NCBI GenBank assembly: GCA_963924565.1
Contig: OZ004611.1
Coordinates: 24,428,001-24,492,000, forward strand
Reading direction: 5' to 3'
DNA length: 64,000 nt
Source: Ascidiella aspersa
Taxonomy: Eukaryota
Numbering within the stretch: position 1 is the first letter of the stretch; each line of letters starts with the position of its first letter. Of the stretch, positions 63,811-64,000 are shown piece by piece. The translations under genes and the position numbers were made by a program. The notes below the pieces were generated by a model. That model searched no databases and was not told the origin of the DNA. It saw nothing but the letters and a program-made list of their open reading frames with translations.

Positions 63811-64000
63811 AGTGTTGTAATGAATTAAGTCAGTGTCTCGGATTAAGTCAATGTTTTTAAATTGCCTTCCTAATACGTTGGGGAAAATGTGTGGCTAGTT
63901 TGGCAAATGACTTGGATTTGGTCTTAGGCAAAATACTTAACTTCTAAAAGTGTTTTTTTAATTGAAAACATGTTCTTTAATGAGTAATTAAACTCACTTT
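63811..64000 (-). mobile_element. CAAGT-repeat MITE copy truncated by the window end
   Basis: AGTGTTGTAATGAATTAAGTCA terminus and CAAATGACTTGG match the reverse complement of the 22868 copy. Confidence 0.55.

Noticed and set aside
1-64000. CRISPR arrays, rRNA/tRNA genes, autonomous transposase or reverse transcriptase ORFs, prokaryotic operons
   Set aside because: None seen; the sequence is intron-containing eukaryotic DNA and the CAAGT arrays are transposon subterminal repeats without regular spacers.

Overview
AT-rich eukaryotic (metazoan) genomic DNA with GT-AG introns; compact introns and divergent vertebrate-like genes suggest an invertebrate chordate such as an ascidian, but that is inference. 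Left end: the first two coding exons of CDK2 (- strand, PSTAIRE), a single-exon uronyl 2-O-sulfotransferase-like gene (+) and a two-exon FBXO4-like gene (-). The main content is a cluster of three paralogous spliced bZIP genes: one on + (11.2-14.8 kb) and a tandem pair on - (52.5-54.3 and 56.6-58.7 kb). They converge across a ~37 kb gene-poor interval rich in GC/CpG islands and bZIP motifs. Their zippers and pre-bZIP Ser/Pro segments match vertebrate DDIT3/CHOP (compared from memory), yet all three keep an intact NNxACxxSR basic region that vertebrate CHOP lacks. They also show uORF arrangements, C/EBP-ATF (AARE-type) sites, candidate SPOP degrons and SIMs, and a permuted order of N-terminal motifs. 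Several small non-autonomous DNA transposons have visible TSDs: hAT-like, a nested element with a 5-bp TSD, and Merlin-like fold-backs carrying telomere-like repeats. The interval also holds a candidate spliced orphan gene, a TATA promoter with no long ORF and a ~1.1-1.4 kb tandem duplication. Most short ORFs in the supplied track are not genes.
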